Source of the DNA: an uncultured archaeon | GTDB taxonomy: Archaea > Asgardarchaeota > Lokiarchaeia > Sigyniarchaeales > SOKP01 | NCBI GenBank assembly: GCA_964388035.1 | Contig: CAYLZE010000015.1 | Location: 1-63,661, forward strand | Direction of reading: 5' to 3' | Length of the DNA: 63,661 nucleotides | Shown here: in pieces, positions 40,403-50,769 of the stretch | Layout of the letters: every line of letters begins with the position of its first letter | Numbering within the stretch: position 1 is the stretch's first letter | Translations under genes and position numbers: made by a program | The notes under the pieces: model-generated | What the model was told of the DNA's origin: nothing | Seen by the model: only the letters and a program-made list of their open reading frames with translations | The model's database searches: none

Positions 40403-41806
40403 TTATTCTAAAAGAATTTTGAGAATTTTTAAAAGATTCTCGGAATTGAATAAGCTCCAAACGCATACAGCACCTTTATCCTTGTAATTAAAAACTGCGA
40501 GCGTAGGTACTGCATTATTGTCATCTACCATTTCAAGCTTAGGAAGTATCCCAAAAATGGGTCTCCAATCCTCCCGCATTTCATAACGAACCTTCAATAC
40601 TAAACATTTTGTTCCAAAAAGTTGAAGAGTAGCCTTATATGTTTCGATGACGAAATGCCATTCATGTCTATGAATATATTCTTCGGCGAATTGGATCATG
40701 GTTTCAAATGCTTTTTTAACTAACGTTTCTATTGATTCTTTCTCATTAAAAGGAAAAAATCGAATCCCACATAATCTAAAAAGTATTTTTTCGGGTCCAG
40801 GAGCAATGAATCCCATTTCATTTAGGAGCAGGGAGGAATGACTTTTAAAATACTGCCACCCTTGATCTAATAATGTGTTTACTGCAGAGATTAATGAAGG
40901 AATTTCCTTATATATTAACTGTTTTTCCTCTTCTGATACTTCCATGATTTCTTGAGACATTTCATCCAATAAGGTTTGAGTCAATACTAACGTATAAATG
41001 GACGATACTGCTTGATCTTGAATCCTTAACGTGATCCCAATCTCTCCCGTTAAATTTGTTAAGAACGTGGTATCGTCAATTATGAAAACATGATAATTTA
41101 TTTCTCTCTCACTCATTGCAAGTGGAATGGGAAATTTCTTAGAAAAAGCTTTACTTTTACTTGGATCAGAAATAATGATTGCGAATTGATCCCTTACATA
41201 TTCAAAAGGGATGGTATCCAAATTTGGATACTTTCTAAGCATTAAACGAGAGATATTATTAATTAAATCTTCCTTAAAACTGCTGATGAGGTTGAGAGAA
41301 GAATGAAGCGAAATCCTAAATTGAGCGTTATTAAGATGGGTTTTAATCTCTTTTATTAAATCAGTAAGAGAGGGAATAATATAGGTTTTAGTAATTCTCC
41401 CTCCAAGAATTGCTTTTTTTGTAAGATTGGGAATCACGGTATTTTCAATAAATTCCTCAAAAACTTTCAGGTCACGAAGTTTCACTTCTTGATTGGTTAA
41501 CTCCTGGCGTACGATGCGAAGAGGATCTAACCCCCTATATTTCGAGGGTCTTTCTCCCGGGTTCGTTATTTCAATCCACCCTTCCGTTTCTAACTTATTT
41601 AATAAAGCATAGGTATGCGTGCGTGTTAAATGAGGAATCATTTCCATGACAATACTACCTTTAAAACTTTCCTCACTAGTCAAGAGTAGAAGATAGATTT
41701 CCAGCTCATCTCCTTGGAGCAAGTTAAATTTCTCTAAATTGTTTTTTAATTCTTTTATCCATTCCTGATATAATGCCATGCGCGATTCCTTTTCTTTATT
41801 AATCAA
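40403..41806 (-). CDS. TrmB-family transcriptional regulator with long C-terminal extension
   Basis: E.EIYL.LL...LTRTHTYALLNKLETEGWIE....RPSKY wHTH, a coiled segment, a PLD-like effector region (FIIDD), then ~190 aa of unknown domain. Confidence 0.75.
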   Translation of the reverse strand: MINKEKESRMALYQEWIKELKNNLEKFNLLQGDELEIYLLLLTSEESFKGSIVMEMIPHLTRTHTYALLNKLETEGWIEITNPGERPSKYRGLDPLRIVRQELTNQEVKLRDLKVFEEFIENTVIPNLTKKAILGGRITKTYIIPSLTDLIKEIKTHLNNAQFRISLHSSLNLISSFKEDLINNISRLMLRKYPNLDTIPFEYVRDQFAIIISDPSKSKAFSKKFPIPLAMSEREINYHVFIIDDTTFLTNLTGEIGITLRIQDQAVSSIYTLVLTQTLLDEMSQEIMEVSEEEKQLIYKEIPSLISAVNTLLDQGWQYFKSHSSLLLNEMGFIAPGPEKILFRLCGIRFFPFNEKESIETLVKKAFETMIQFAEEYIHRHEWHFVIETYKATLQLFGTKCLVLKVRYEMREDWRPIFGILPKLEMVDDNNAVPTLAVFNYKDKGAVCVWSLFNSENLLKILKILLE

Positions 41807-41831
41807 TTAACTCTTAATTCTCAATTATATA

Positions 41832-43322
41832 ATGTTCTTTAAAATATATAAATATGTTGTTCACACTATGAACAACAAGTTTAAATTCAATGTCACATTA
41901 GTTTCTCACATGAACTTGAAGAAGAGCAAGTCAAAAAAGACAATGGAACATGGTATGTTGGAAGTCTTTTCCTATGGAGGAGGCACTTTTCTTCAAGAAT
42001 TTGTTGGTACTGTATTCGGAGGCTGGCTCTTCTTTTTTTATGAGATAGAGATGGAATTAAATATTTGGGCATTAACTGTTGGCTATATAATTTATTCCAT
42101 TTTCAACGCGGTTAATTCTCCCATTTTGGGATATTATACAGGCAAAAAGAGATTATTTAAATCTCGATTTGGACGTAGATTTCCATGGTTATTAATTGCG
42201 GCCATACCTTGGATGCTCTCCCTCTTTTTTCTTTATAATCCTCCTATTAGCAGAATAACAACCGAAAATGACACGTTATTCCTTTTCTCATGGTTTTTGA
42301 TCTTTATTTGTTTACTCAGCTTATTTGGTACCATTTTTGGAATCAATTATGGTGCTCTCTATCCAGAAAAATTCCAAACTGAAGCGGATAGAAGTCGTGC
42401 TTCAGGCATAGTAGGAGCTATTTCTTTTTTTGGAGGTGGTTTAGGAAGCTTTTTACCTGCAATGATCATTAAATATGGAGATAAAAGTTCCTTTTCCCGA
42501 ATGGCTTCGATAATGTTGCTGGTGGGAATTATTGCATTTTTTCTTGCACTCCCCGGTTTATGGGAACATAAAGAAATGCGAGAAAAAAATATCCAATTTC
42601 ATCAAAAAAATAGTGAATCTAATTTTATTGAATCTATGAAAATTGCACTCAAGCAGAAAAATTTCTTGATTTTTATCGTTCTTTTCTTTTTTGCACAATT
42701 TGTAATGTCCATCGTGGGAGCTGCTTTTCCTTATGCTGTTAGATATGTCTTTCAGAAGGAAGCCATTTATACTGCTTGGTTTGCCCTCCTCTATATTATG
42801 GGTGCAGTTGTATCCTTACCTATATGGATACGTATCAATAAGAAACTAAAAGATACCAGAAAGTCCTTGCTGATAACTGGAATAATGCTTATATCTACCC
42901 AATTTTTAATATTTTTCGCTGTAACGATATCAAGTGCAATATTCATGGTGATCTTATATGGTTTTTCTATTGCGGGTTTCAGTACAACTATTAAATTAAG
43001 AATCATAGGGAATGTTATTGATGAAGTTGTAGTGAATACAGGAAAAAGAAATGAATCTACCTATATTGGAATAAATGGATTTTTTGTCAATTTTACCGCT
43101 GCCTTACAATCATTCATTTTTGCCTTGGTGCATCAACTTACAGGATTCAACAAAAATGTTGTGGTTCAAACCGAATTGGCTCAAATCGGGATTAGATTGA
43201 CCTTATCATTAATTCCCATGATCTTTATCTGTATTGGATTGATAGTATTCTTAAAGTGGTATGATCTAACTCCTTCAAAAATAAAATCCATCGAAGCAAG
43301 ACTTAAACAATTACAAGCTTAA
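41832..43322 (+). CDS. GPH-family MFS transporter
   Basis: 12 TM. SRFGRRFPW, ALYPE.F.TEADR, NVIDEVVVNTGKRNESTY.G. True start probably 41910 or 41943. Confidence 0.9.
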   Translation: MFFKIYKYVVHTMNNKFKFNVTLVSHMNLKKSKSKKTMEHGMLEVFSYGGGTFLQEFVGTVFGGWLFFFYEIEMELNIWALTVGYIIYSIFNAVNSPILGYYTGKKRLFKSRFGRRFPWLLIAAIPWMLSLFFLYNPPISRITTENDTLFLFSWFLIFICLLSLFGTIFGINYGALYPEKFQTEADRSRASGIVGAISFFGGGLGSFLPAMIIKYGDKSSFSRMASIMLLVGIIAFFLALPGLWEHKEMREKNIQFHQKNSESNFIESMKIALKQKNFLIFIVLFFFAQFVMSIVGAAFPYAVRYVFQKEAIYTAWFALLYIMGAVVSLPIWIRINKKLKDTRKSLLITGIMLISTQFLIFFAVTISSAIFMVILYGFSIAGFSTTIKLRIIGNVIDEVVVNTGKRNESTYIGINGFFVNFTAALQSFIFALVHQLTGFNKNVVVQTELAQIGIRLTLSLIPMIFICIGLIVFLKWYDLTPSKIKSIEARLKQLQA

Positions 43323-43422
43323 AGGTTATTTGATAGTTTTTTTCTATTACTTTGTTAATGATCTTAAAAACGAATTTTTAAATAAACAAGCGAATTGCAT
43401 ACAATATAGGTGATTTTAAGAA

Positions 43423-44250
43423 ATGATTAATCCATATAATTTAGATAATGTATCAGTTCAAATAGTAGAAGAGGGAAATTACGCAACAGTTTCCATTAAT
43501 CGTCCCGATAAATTAAATGCACTCGATAATCACACTTTGAGGGACATTGCAACAGCTTTAGAAGCTTTTGAAGTGAATCCAAAGGTCAGATGCGTGGTAT
43601 TACGAGGTACGAAAGAATTTACTAAAAAGCCTGCATTTTCAGCAGGAGCGGACTTGTCATCTAGGGGTTTTGAGGATTTGGATGCAAAAAATTTAAGACA
43701 TCAATATCAAGCCATGTATCGGAGGCATAAATATTATGATTTAATTGAAGAATTTCCAAAACCTTTAATTGCAGCGGTAGATGGCTATGCTTTGGGTGGT
43801 GGTTTTGAACTAGTGTTAGTATGCGATATTGTCATCGCTTCTAAACGTTCATTATTCGGATTTCCCGAGATACAGCGTGGAATTTTCCCCGCTAATGGAG
43901 GAACTCAGCGTTTAATCGAACACCTTGGAAAATTTCAGACTAAAAAAATGCTTTATTTCGGTGATCACTATACGGCAGAGCAAATGCATGAAATGGGTGT
44001 AGTGGGATTTTTAGTCGAGGATGAAGAATTTGAGAATGTTATTCATAAAAAAGCATCTTGGTTAGGAAATGCGCCTACAAACAGCTTATTCATCATAAAA
44101 AAGTGTATTAATTATGGGAGTCAAGTTCCCTTAAACGTGGGATTGCAATTTGAACATTTTGGCTATGCGATGAACACAACCTCAGAAGATGTTCAAGAAG
44201 GTGTTAGAGCGTTCTTAGAGAAACGAAAACCAGAATTCAAGGGAAAATGA
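43423..44250 (+). CDS. Enoyl-CoA hydratase/crotonase family protein
   Basis: NRPDKLNAL, FSAGADL, KPLIAAVDGYALGGGFEL, FGFPE..RGIFP..GGTQRL, FLEKRKPEFKG. Both catalytic Glu are present. Confidence 0.93.
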   Translation: MINPYNLDNVSVQIVEEGNYATVSINRPDKLNALDNHTLRDIATALEAFEVNPKVRCVVLRGTKEFTKKPAFSAGADLSSRGFEDLDAKNLRHQYQAMYRRHKYYDLIEEFPKPLIAAVDGYALGGGFELVLVCDIVIASKRSLFGFPEIQRGIFPANGGTQRLIEHLGKFQTKKMLYFGDHYTAEQMHEMGVVGFLVEDEEFENVIHKKASWLGNAPTNSLFIIKKCINYGSQVPLNVGLQFEHFGYAMNTTSEDVQEGVRAFLEKRKPEFKGK

Positions 44251-44341
44251 TCACTATTAATATGAATAAATAAATATAAATTTATAAGGAACTTCTCTCT
44301 ATTCTTTTTCTTACACAATTTATAACTAAAAAAAAAATAAT

Positions 44342-44551
44342 TCAAATTAATTTTATCTTGCTATTAAAGCCAGGAATATTGCCTTCATGATCCACGACAT
44401 TTTTCTCTTTTAACTTTTTGAGAATTAACCGGACTCCTTCGAACTCATTTTCACAAAGTGATTGTAACTTCTTATAATCCAAACTATTATTATTTTCTTT
44501 TAACACCTTAACAATGAAATTTTTTTGTGGGCTTAATTTTTCTTCCGTCAT
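44342..44551 (-). CDS. Small winged-helix-like hypothetical protein
   Basis: 69 aa, LSPQKNFIVKVLK...GVRLILKKLKEKNVV; in line with the upstream minus-strand gene. Confidence 0.65.
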   Translation of the reverse strand: MTEEKLSPQKNFIVKVLKENNNSLDYKKLQSLCENEFEGVRLILKKLKEKNVVDHEGNIPGFNSKIKLI

Positions 44552-44606
44552 TATTTACCCAATAAGATAAATTCTCTATTTAAATTTAAAGAACTTCGTG
44601 AATATT

Positions 44607-45536
44607 TCATTGAAGCGGTGTTGGAAATTTGTTTACCATGGCAATTTCTTTTTTAATGATATCATTCAATAAATCTTCTCGTTCCTTGCCGGAAAGTACT
44701 TCTAATTTTCTTATTCCGAGGGGATCTACTTTTTCTCTTAATGTTCTAATTTCTTGTTGGCTTGGAGGGGTTGTTTCCTTGAGATCTTTGGGAATAACTA
44801 ATTCAAACCCAGTAGAATCTTTAACTTTTTCAAGACTAACACCCGGATGAATGGTTTTGATTCTCATTCGTCTTGAAAGTTCATCAAAGTCAAGATAAGC
44901 TAAATTTGTGACGACACATTGGGGTCCAGAACCACCACAACTACTTTTTTTACCCTCGGGAAAGCCCACTCCCGAAATAAAATCCAAAGTTGAAACGAAT
45001 GTCCTTTTATCATGGCGGGGTGTATATAAAAAGCTACCACGCTCGTAAAACATGGAAAAATCTGCTATTCCCGCACACCCGGGAAATCTTAGTTTAGGTT
45101 TTTCCCAAGGACCAATACAAATATTATTTGTATTTCCGTACATGTCAATTTGTGCTGGCCTGAACCATTCTATCGTAGTCAATCTTGCTGAGGGAAGGGA
45201 TTCTAACGTACATTCTCCCGAGTTTTGAAACCGATACGCTCGGGCAGTATTCATTTCTAAATATAGTAAGGATACCTGACGAGGTTCAAATACAAAGGTA
45301 TTACCCATTATGTAATGAAAGATCGCTTCTGGTGCGTAGAGTAATTTGGCTAATGTAAACGCTGCCCATACCATGGGGGTTGCAACGCCAACTATCATCA
45401 CATCCGTATTTTTTACTTCTCTCGCCATTAATACGGTGAGAAGCTCATCAATTGTATAATCTTTTAAAGGTTCCATTTTCATTCCTTTCCGAAAAGAAGG
45501 ATTATATTTATCATGATCTTTATTAAATAAATTCAA
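44607..45536 (-). CDS. Class I CoA-transferase-fold protein, B subunit (GctB/IpdB-like)
   Basis: YTIDELL...AR, AK.LYAP, AQIDMYGNTN, RFPG.AG..D, HDKRTFV..LDF, VVT.LA, HPGVS...V...TGFEL, LREKVDP. Start probably 45476. Confidence 0.88.
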   Translation of the reverse strand: MNLFNKDHDKYNPSFRKGMKMEPLKDYTIDELLTVLMAREVKNTDVMIVGVATPMVWAAFTLAKLLYAPEAIFHYIMGNTFVFEPRQVSLLYLEMNTARAYRFQNSGECTLESLPSARLTTIEWFRPAQIDMYGNTNNICIGPWEKPKLRFPGCAGIADFSMFYERGSFLYTPRHDKRTFVSTLDFISGVGFPEGKKSSCGGSGPQCVVTNLAYLDFDELSRRMRIKTIHPGVSLEKVKDSTGFELVIPKDLKETTPPSQQEIRTLREKVDPLGIRKLEVLSGKEREDLLNDIIKKEIAMVNKFPTPLQ

Positions 45537-45642
45537 GATAATATATTAGATTATCTTAATGGCTTATTATGTCACATTAAAATAAGATTTAAAATTTACA
45601 AGAATTTATAAGATGTAATTATAATAATATAATCCTAATTAA

Positions 45643-46248
45643 TTGGATAAAATAGATCAAGGTGAGAAAGTGTCAATCTTTTATTTTAAACTCGAGGAAA
45701 TGGATCTCTACATTCTTATATCCTATGAATTAGATACTAAGAAGAAGAAAGTTGGTTTGAATCGTTTATTTCTTTGTGCTGAAAAAGAACTCATTAATAA
45801 ATATATCAAAAGGTTTAATTTAGCTTCATCTCTATTAGAGGTCCAAGATTTTGAAGAACAAATTTTAACCAACTTGGAACAAGCGATCAATGACTATTTT
45901 TCGGGAAAAAATGTTGATTTATATGAAAAAGTACAGGAATTAAACGTGGAAATTGATTTAAAAAAGATGTTCAATAGTGAGTTTTCATATAACGTGATAA
46001 AAGCTCTTCTCGAGATAAAGAATGGTGAATACACGACATATTCACATATTGGCAACAAAATCAATTCAAAGGCATATCGTGCAATAGGAAATGTTCTTAA
46101 AAATAATCCCGTTCCCTTAATTATCCCTTGTCATAGAGTAATTAGAAAGGACGGTAAAATCGGAGGGTTCATGGGTATTGAAGGGAATGGTTGGGAAACG
46201 GATTTAAAAAAAAAAATGTTAATGATTGAAGGAATTTCTCCTAATTAG
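45643..46248 (+). CDS. ogt: O6-methylguanine-DNA methyltransferase
   Basis: GEYTTYSHI, AYRAIGNVLKNNPVPLIIPCHRVI, IGGF...K..L..EG. Confidence 0.92.
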   Translation: MDKIDQGEKVSIFYFKLEEMDLYILISYELDTKKKKVGLNRLFLCAEKELINKYIKRFNLASSLLEVQDFEEQILTNLEQAINDYFSGKNVDLYEKVQELNVEIDLKKMFNSEFSYNVIKALLEIKNGEYTTYSHIGNKINSKAYRAIGNVLKNNPVPLIIPCHRVIRKDGKIGGFMGIEGNGWETDLKKKMLMIEGISPN

Positions 46249-46255
46249 AATTATT

Positions 46256-46891
46256 TTAAACCCAATGTAATATCATCGCAAAAACCACGTGAAAACTTAA
46301 AGCAACTATTACGCTGACTATTGCCAACTTCTTTTTGCCGTTTAAATTAATATGGTCATAAAGCCATACCAAGATAAGATTGGGAATCATCCACCAAATT
46401 ACGATGAAATAGATATTTGGCCAATTCCAGAACCACCAATCCCATACCAGAATTCCTGCTAAATTCAGCATCACTTCAATAAATACCGATATTCCCGTCC
46501 AGACAATGGGAAAAAAGATACGATTTGGAATGCCAAAAATTTTTTGGTTTTTATCTTTTGGAAGGCTTTTAATGTTGATTAATCCTACCACTGCAGCTAA
46601 AAAGGCAATCTCTACATTCCACCCCACATAAATCACAAAAGCAGAATTACCAGGGGTTGTCCATAGAGCAGAATATTGGGTAAAGTGAAGTACTAGTGCA
46701 TTGATGATTTCCAAAACCACGCCGGGAATGCAAAACCAAAATATACCGAGCAATGCTTCTTCCTTTCTCCCTTTTTCCAATTCATTGTTATAGATATATA
46801 TTGCAATGAGAAGTAAAGGGATCACATACCATTGTAGATTAGCTGTATTCCTTAGATTTTCTAATGCTAATTTACTAGCTTCTGTTACCAT
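46256..46891 (-). CDS. Hypothetical 6-TM membrane protein
   Basis: Six hydrophobic helices, Trp-rich, with EI.NAL...GWNVEI pattern. Confidence 0.75.
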   Translation of the reverse strand: MVTEASKLALENLRNTANLQWYVIPLLLIAIYIYNNELEKGRKEEALLGIFWFCIPGVVLEIINALVLHFTQYSALWTTPGNSAFVIYVGWNVEIAFLAAVVGLINIKSLPKDKNQKIFGIPNRIFFPIVWTGISVFIEVMLNLAGILVWDWWFWNWPNIYFIVIWWMIPNLILVWLYDHINLNGKKKLAIVSVIVALSFHVVFAMILHWV

Positions 46892-47142
46892 TCATTCACA
46901 CGATGCTTTTTTCTAAAAATATATGTATAATATTGAAATTTCCTACTTATAGTTAAAGAAATTACCTTATTTTTAAAAAATAGAAAATATCTCACTGTAT
47001 TTTGATTAATTTAAAAAGATTTTTTTACCAATTTTCCCCTTTAGATTTGATTTATAATACAATACAAGCTTAACTACAAATTTAATTTCGTGCAATGCTA
47101 AAACATTGATCTTTTTATTATTTAATTTTAAATAATAAAAGG

Positions 47143-48921
47143 ATGGAGCTGGAGACTTTTTCCATTTTAACAATTGGATATTTATTCACATGTCTGATTC
47201 ATTATATTCTGAATCTTAAAAGAAAAAAGAACAAATATAATAATCCATCAAAATTCCTGCTTGTTTTTCGATTGGGAATTTTAATGTATTCTCTTCTCCT
47301 CCTTATCCTTTTCTTTTCAAATTTAAAGCTTTTTTCTCGTGAACCTGAAGACTTAAACTTATTATTTAAGATGAATGGCTCCATGTTTTGCATCTTTATT
47401 TCTGTCGTTTTTATAGCACTTTCAATGGGAAAGTCCCGAAAATTTTTAATTAAATTGGATTTTCCTTCAAGGTCAGAAAGTCATCGCGGAACCATAAAAC
47501 TGGGTAAAATTGTCTCCGAAAATCACAAAAAGCATTCTTACTATTTAGATCTGGAAGATCTTACCCAACACATGTTTATCTGTGGCATCACTGGCTCGGG
47601 AAAAAGCAATCTCGTGCAATATTTTCTCTTAAAGTTTACGCGTAAACATTCCCTTCCCTTTTTATTGGTAGAATTCAAGGGAGAATATCAGTTTTTGCAG
47701 GAGAGAATCCCCAATTTGCTCATCTTAAAACCGGGAGAAAACTTCAGCATCAATATGTTCAATCCGGAAGGAGCAGATGCTCAAGTCCATGCGGAACGCA
47801 TTTTTCAGATCTTTGAATCGGGGGGTATGTTTGAAGGCATTGAATATAGTCCTCAAATGGAGAGGGTGTTTGTGGATATCTTGAACAAAGTTTGCGGCAA
47901 ACATGAGAATAGAAATTGGAAGCGATTCCAGGAAATTTGCCGCTATAACATGGAGCACTCCAAGGATTCCACCTTGGAAAAAAGCATCCAAGCCATTGAA
48001 AATCGAATCAGACGCTATAATTTAGGTTCTTTGAAAAAAATTTTTAATACCGAAAGCATGATGGATGTAAGGAGCTTATTCAATCATAATATTCTTTTGG
48101 ATTTGAGTTCCATTATTCGATTGGGAGGAGAAAAGCAAGATGCGTTATTTTTCCTCAACATGATTCTAAAATATTTATGGGATAAAAATGTGTCTAAAGG
48201 GAGTAAAGATTATGAGGGAATAAGGCATATTACTATCATAGAAGATGCCCAATACTTTGCTCCGGAAAAAGGAAGGGAAAAAGTAAGACTAAGTACTTAC
48301 TTGGAGGATATAGCATTATTATTACGGGGCACGGGAGAATGCCTTATATCTCTCGCTACACGTCCTAATATTAGTAGGGAGATCTTAGCCAACTGTGGAA
48401 TCTTAGCGTGCTTTCAAACCCACATGCAGAAAGAAGAAATGATGGAACTTCTAAACCTTAAAGACTGGCAAAAAGATTATCTTTCCATGCTCAAGAAAGG
48501 AACTTGTATCGTTAGAGTGAATTCGATTGAGTTCCCTTTTTTGTTAGAAGTTCCTCATGTGAAGCGCAGATGGTTAACCAAGGAAGAGATTTCACAAAAT
48601 AATCGGAGAATTATTCAAAATGATTTAGCAAGGGGAAAGAATGAGAATGAAAAGGAGGATGAGAAACCCCCCATCTCTAACAAATCCTTCTTAAAACCGG
48701 GTAAAAAAAATTATGATGTTGACAATGAAGTAATATCATCTTCAAATTTAGAAGGTGATGTAAACTTTTATTGCAAATTCTGCGGAAAAGAAATCGAATC
48801 TAATTCGGAATATTGTTCGGAATGCTCCACACGTTTAGAAGCAGAAGATAAAGAAATTGAAAAATTAGAACGATTTTTTGCAGAGCTAGTAAAATCTGAC
48901 AATCCCGAATCTCATCAATAA
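47143..48921 (+). CDS. Membrane-anchored HerA/FtsK-superfamily (DUF87-like) ATPase with C-terminal zinc ribbon
   Basis: Three N-terminal TM helices. HMFICGITGSGKS Walker A, EFKGEY, IIEDAQ Walker B, LRGTG..L...T.P. C-terminal CKFC...CSEC. Confidence 0.85.
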   Translation: MELETFSILTIGYLFTCLIHYILNLKRKKNKYNNPSKFLLVFRLGILMYSLLLLILFFSNLKLFSREPEDLNLLFKMNGSMFCIFISVVFIALSMGKSRKFLIKLDFPSRSESHRGTIKLGKIVSENHKKHSYYLDLEDLTQHMFICGITGSGKSNLVQYFLLKFTRKHSLPFLLVEFKGEYQFLQERIPNLLILKPGENFSINMFNPEGADAQVHAERIFQIFESGGMFEGIEYSPQMERVFVDILNKVCGKHENRNWKRFQEICRYNMEHSKDSTLEKSIQAIENRIRRYNLGSLKKIFNTESMMDVRSLFNHNILLDLSSIIRLGGEKQDALFFLNMILKYLWDKNVSKGSKDYEGIRHITIIEDAQYFAPEKGREKVRLSTYLEDIALLLRGTGECLISLATRPNISREILANCGILACFQTHMQKEEMMELLNLKDWQKDYLSMLKKGTCIVRVNSIEFPFLLEVPHVKRRWLTKEEISQNNRRIIQNDLARGKNENEKEDEKPPISNKSFLKPGKKNYDVDNEVISSSNLEGDVNFYCKFCGKEIESNSEYCSECSTRLEAEDKEIEKLERFFAELVKSDNPESHQ

Positions 48922-49123
48922 CCTATAATTATGAGAATTTATGAATTTATACTCATAGTTCAAATAGTTGATGAATTAGGTTAAAATTTTCCATGCGGAT
49001 GCGACATAACTATAATTTTATTGAAAATGACAGTGATGGGCATCTTATTTGCTAAAAGTTCTCTCAGTTTTGATTAAACATAAATTAAGTTAAGGAGAAA
49101 AAAGAAAGCTAATGTATGAAAAA

Positions 49124-49984
49124 TCATAGTAAAATATTTAAAATCATTTCTGCTCCTCCTGCGTTCTCCAAATATTGGGCTTGGGATGTTAAATCGATAA
49201 ATTTCTTTTTGTAGTTGTCAAACTCCATCTTTAAATACTCTTGGATATGGAGGGCATCGAATGTATATTTATCAAAGCAAGAAGTAGGGTGAGCACCAAA
49301 CGGAATTTTGACAACTGCGTCCGTGGTTTGCATGGGAATTTGTGCTTTACCTGGTAAATATCTGATATCCTCTAATTCCACGATCCGCTCGCAGGATATT
49401 ATGGTCTTTTTCGCAGTTTTTGCCATATCATCATCTAACCACACCGCCCCACTTATATTACCGTTTCCTCGTTCATCTGCAAAGGGTACGTGAAGAATAG
49501 CCACATCCAAATCAATCTTGGGTAATGCTACTAAACTAGTACTGGATCCTAAAGGATCCTCAAATTGCTTGATATCCTCTCGGACTTTTAAAAAATCCGT
49601 TCCAATAATTCCTTTTAAGGGCATGAAAGGCACTTTTAAGTAGGAAGACTTCAATCCCAAAGCAATGGAAGCTTCACTTTCTTCTCTTACATTCAACGTT
49701 CCAGATTCAATGGCTCTCCTATAATTGGGAGCCATGCCAAAAATCTCCATCCCAACAAAACAAGCTCTTATTTCAGAAACACTCCCTGCTCCAATCAACA
49801 TGTCTATTTCGATTCCTCCTACGAACGTGCATAACGTAAGATCTTTAATTCCTTGTCGAATAATTTCATGGCAAATACTAATTGGTTTTCTCCAAAAAGA
49901 TAATCCCCCTATTCCAACCGTGTCACCCTCCTTAATAAATGTAGAAACAGCCTCTTGTAAGGACATCAATTTACTTTTTAGCAT
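49124..49984 (-). CDS. Class I CoA-transferase-fold protein, A subunit (GctA/IpdA-like)
   Basis: KLMSLQEAV..IKEGDTVGIGG, RKP, EIIRQGIKDL, DMLIGAG, VPFMP..G..GTD, DVAILHV..ADERGN, PFGAHPT. Confidence 0.9.
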   Translation of the reverse strand: MLKSKLMSLQEAVSTFIKEGDTVGIGGLSFWRKPISICHEIIRQGIKDLTLCTFVGGIEIDMLIGAGSVSEIRACFVGMEIFGMAPNYRRAIESGTLNVREESEASIALGLKSSYLKVPFMPLKGIIGTDFLKVREDIKQFEDPLGSSTSLVALPKIDLDVAILHVPFADERGNGNISGAVWLDDDMAKTAKKTIISCERIVELEDIRYLPGKAQIPMQTTDAVVKIPFGAHPTSCFDKYTFDALHIQEYLKMEFDNYKKKFIDLTSQAQYLENAGGAEMILNILL

Positions 49985-50211
49985 GGAAATTTTCCTACTT
50001 TCTTTAAATAGAGTTTTTTTTTTAATACCTATGCAACTATAATTTTCAATCTAATTAAAGAATTGAGAAACAATAAACCGTGAAAAAAAGTTGAAAGAGA
50101 ACATCTAATAAGTTGTCATTTGTATCATTTATTCAAGATGCATGATAACTTTTTATTAACCAAGTCATTTTCAAATCTATATCTGTTCACATTTAAAATT
50201 TCTCATCTTTC

Positions 50212-50760
50212 ATGGTGGTAATTATTAATCGAAAACGGTTAAAAGAAGGATTGGTTCAAGTATATTTTGGTAGAGGTAAAGGGAAGACCACGGCTGCCAT
50301 AGGACAAGGTTTTAGAGCAACTGGGCACGGATTCAAGGTGTATATGATTCAATTCATGAAAGGTAATACCAAATATGGTGAAATAGATGCGATCAAAGCT
50401 CTCCCGAATTTTGAGGTAAAACAATTCGGAACAGAAGAACTTATTGAAATTCCCGGAAAGATAGATTTAGAAGAAGGAAAAAAAGCCCTTGAATTTGCTA
50501 AATCCATCATCATGAGTGATGAATATGATATTGTAATATTAGACGAGATCGGAGTGGCAGTCGAAATGAACGTAATAAACGTGGAAGATGTCCTCTCATT
50601 AATTGAAAATAAACCCCCCCTTCTTGAACTTATTTTAACCGGAGGACAGAAAATGCATCCAAAAATTAAAGAGAAAGCGGATTTACTCACGGAAATGAAG
50701 ATGATAAAGCATTACTATTCTTCTAAAGGAATAAATGCCCGCTATGGAATTGAATATTGA
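50212..50760 (+). CDS. cobO: Cob(I)alamin adenosyltransferase (CobO/BtuR type)
   Basis: YFGRGKGKTTAA.G, QFMKG, ILDE, ELILTG, ADLLTEM..KH...G..AR.GIEY. Confidence 0.93.
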   Translation: MVVIINRKRLKEGLVQVYFGRGKGKTTAAIGQGFRATGHGFKVYMIQFMKGNTKYGEIDAIKALPNFEVKQFGTEELIEIPGKIDLEEGKKALEFAKSIIMSDEYDIVILDEIGVAVEMNVINVEDVLSLIENKPPLLELILTGGQKMHPKIKEKADLLTEMKMIKHYYSSKGINARYGIEY

Positions 50761-50769
50761 ACATTTTTT

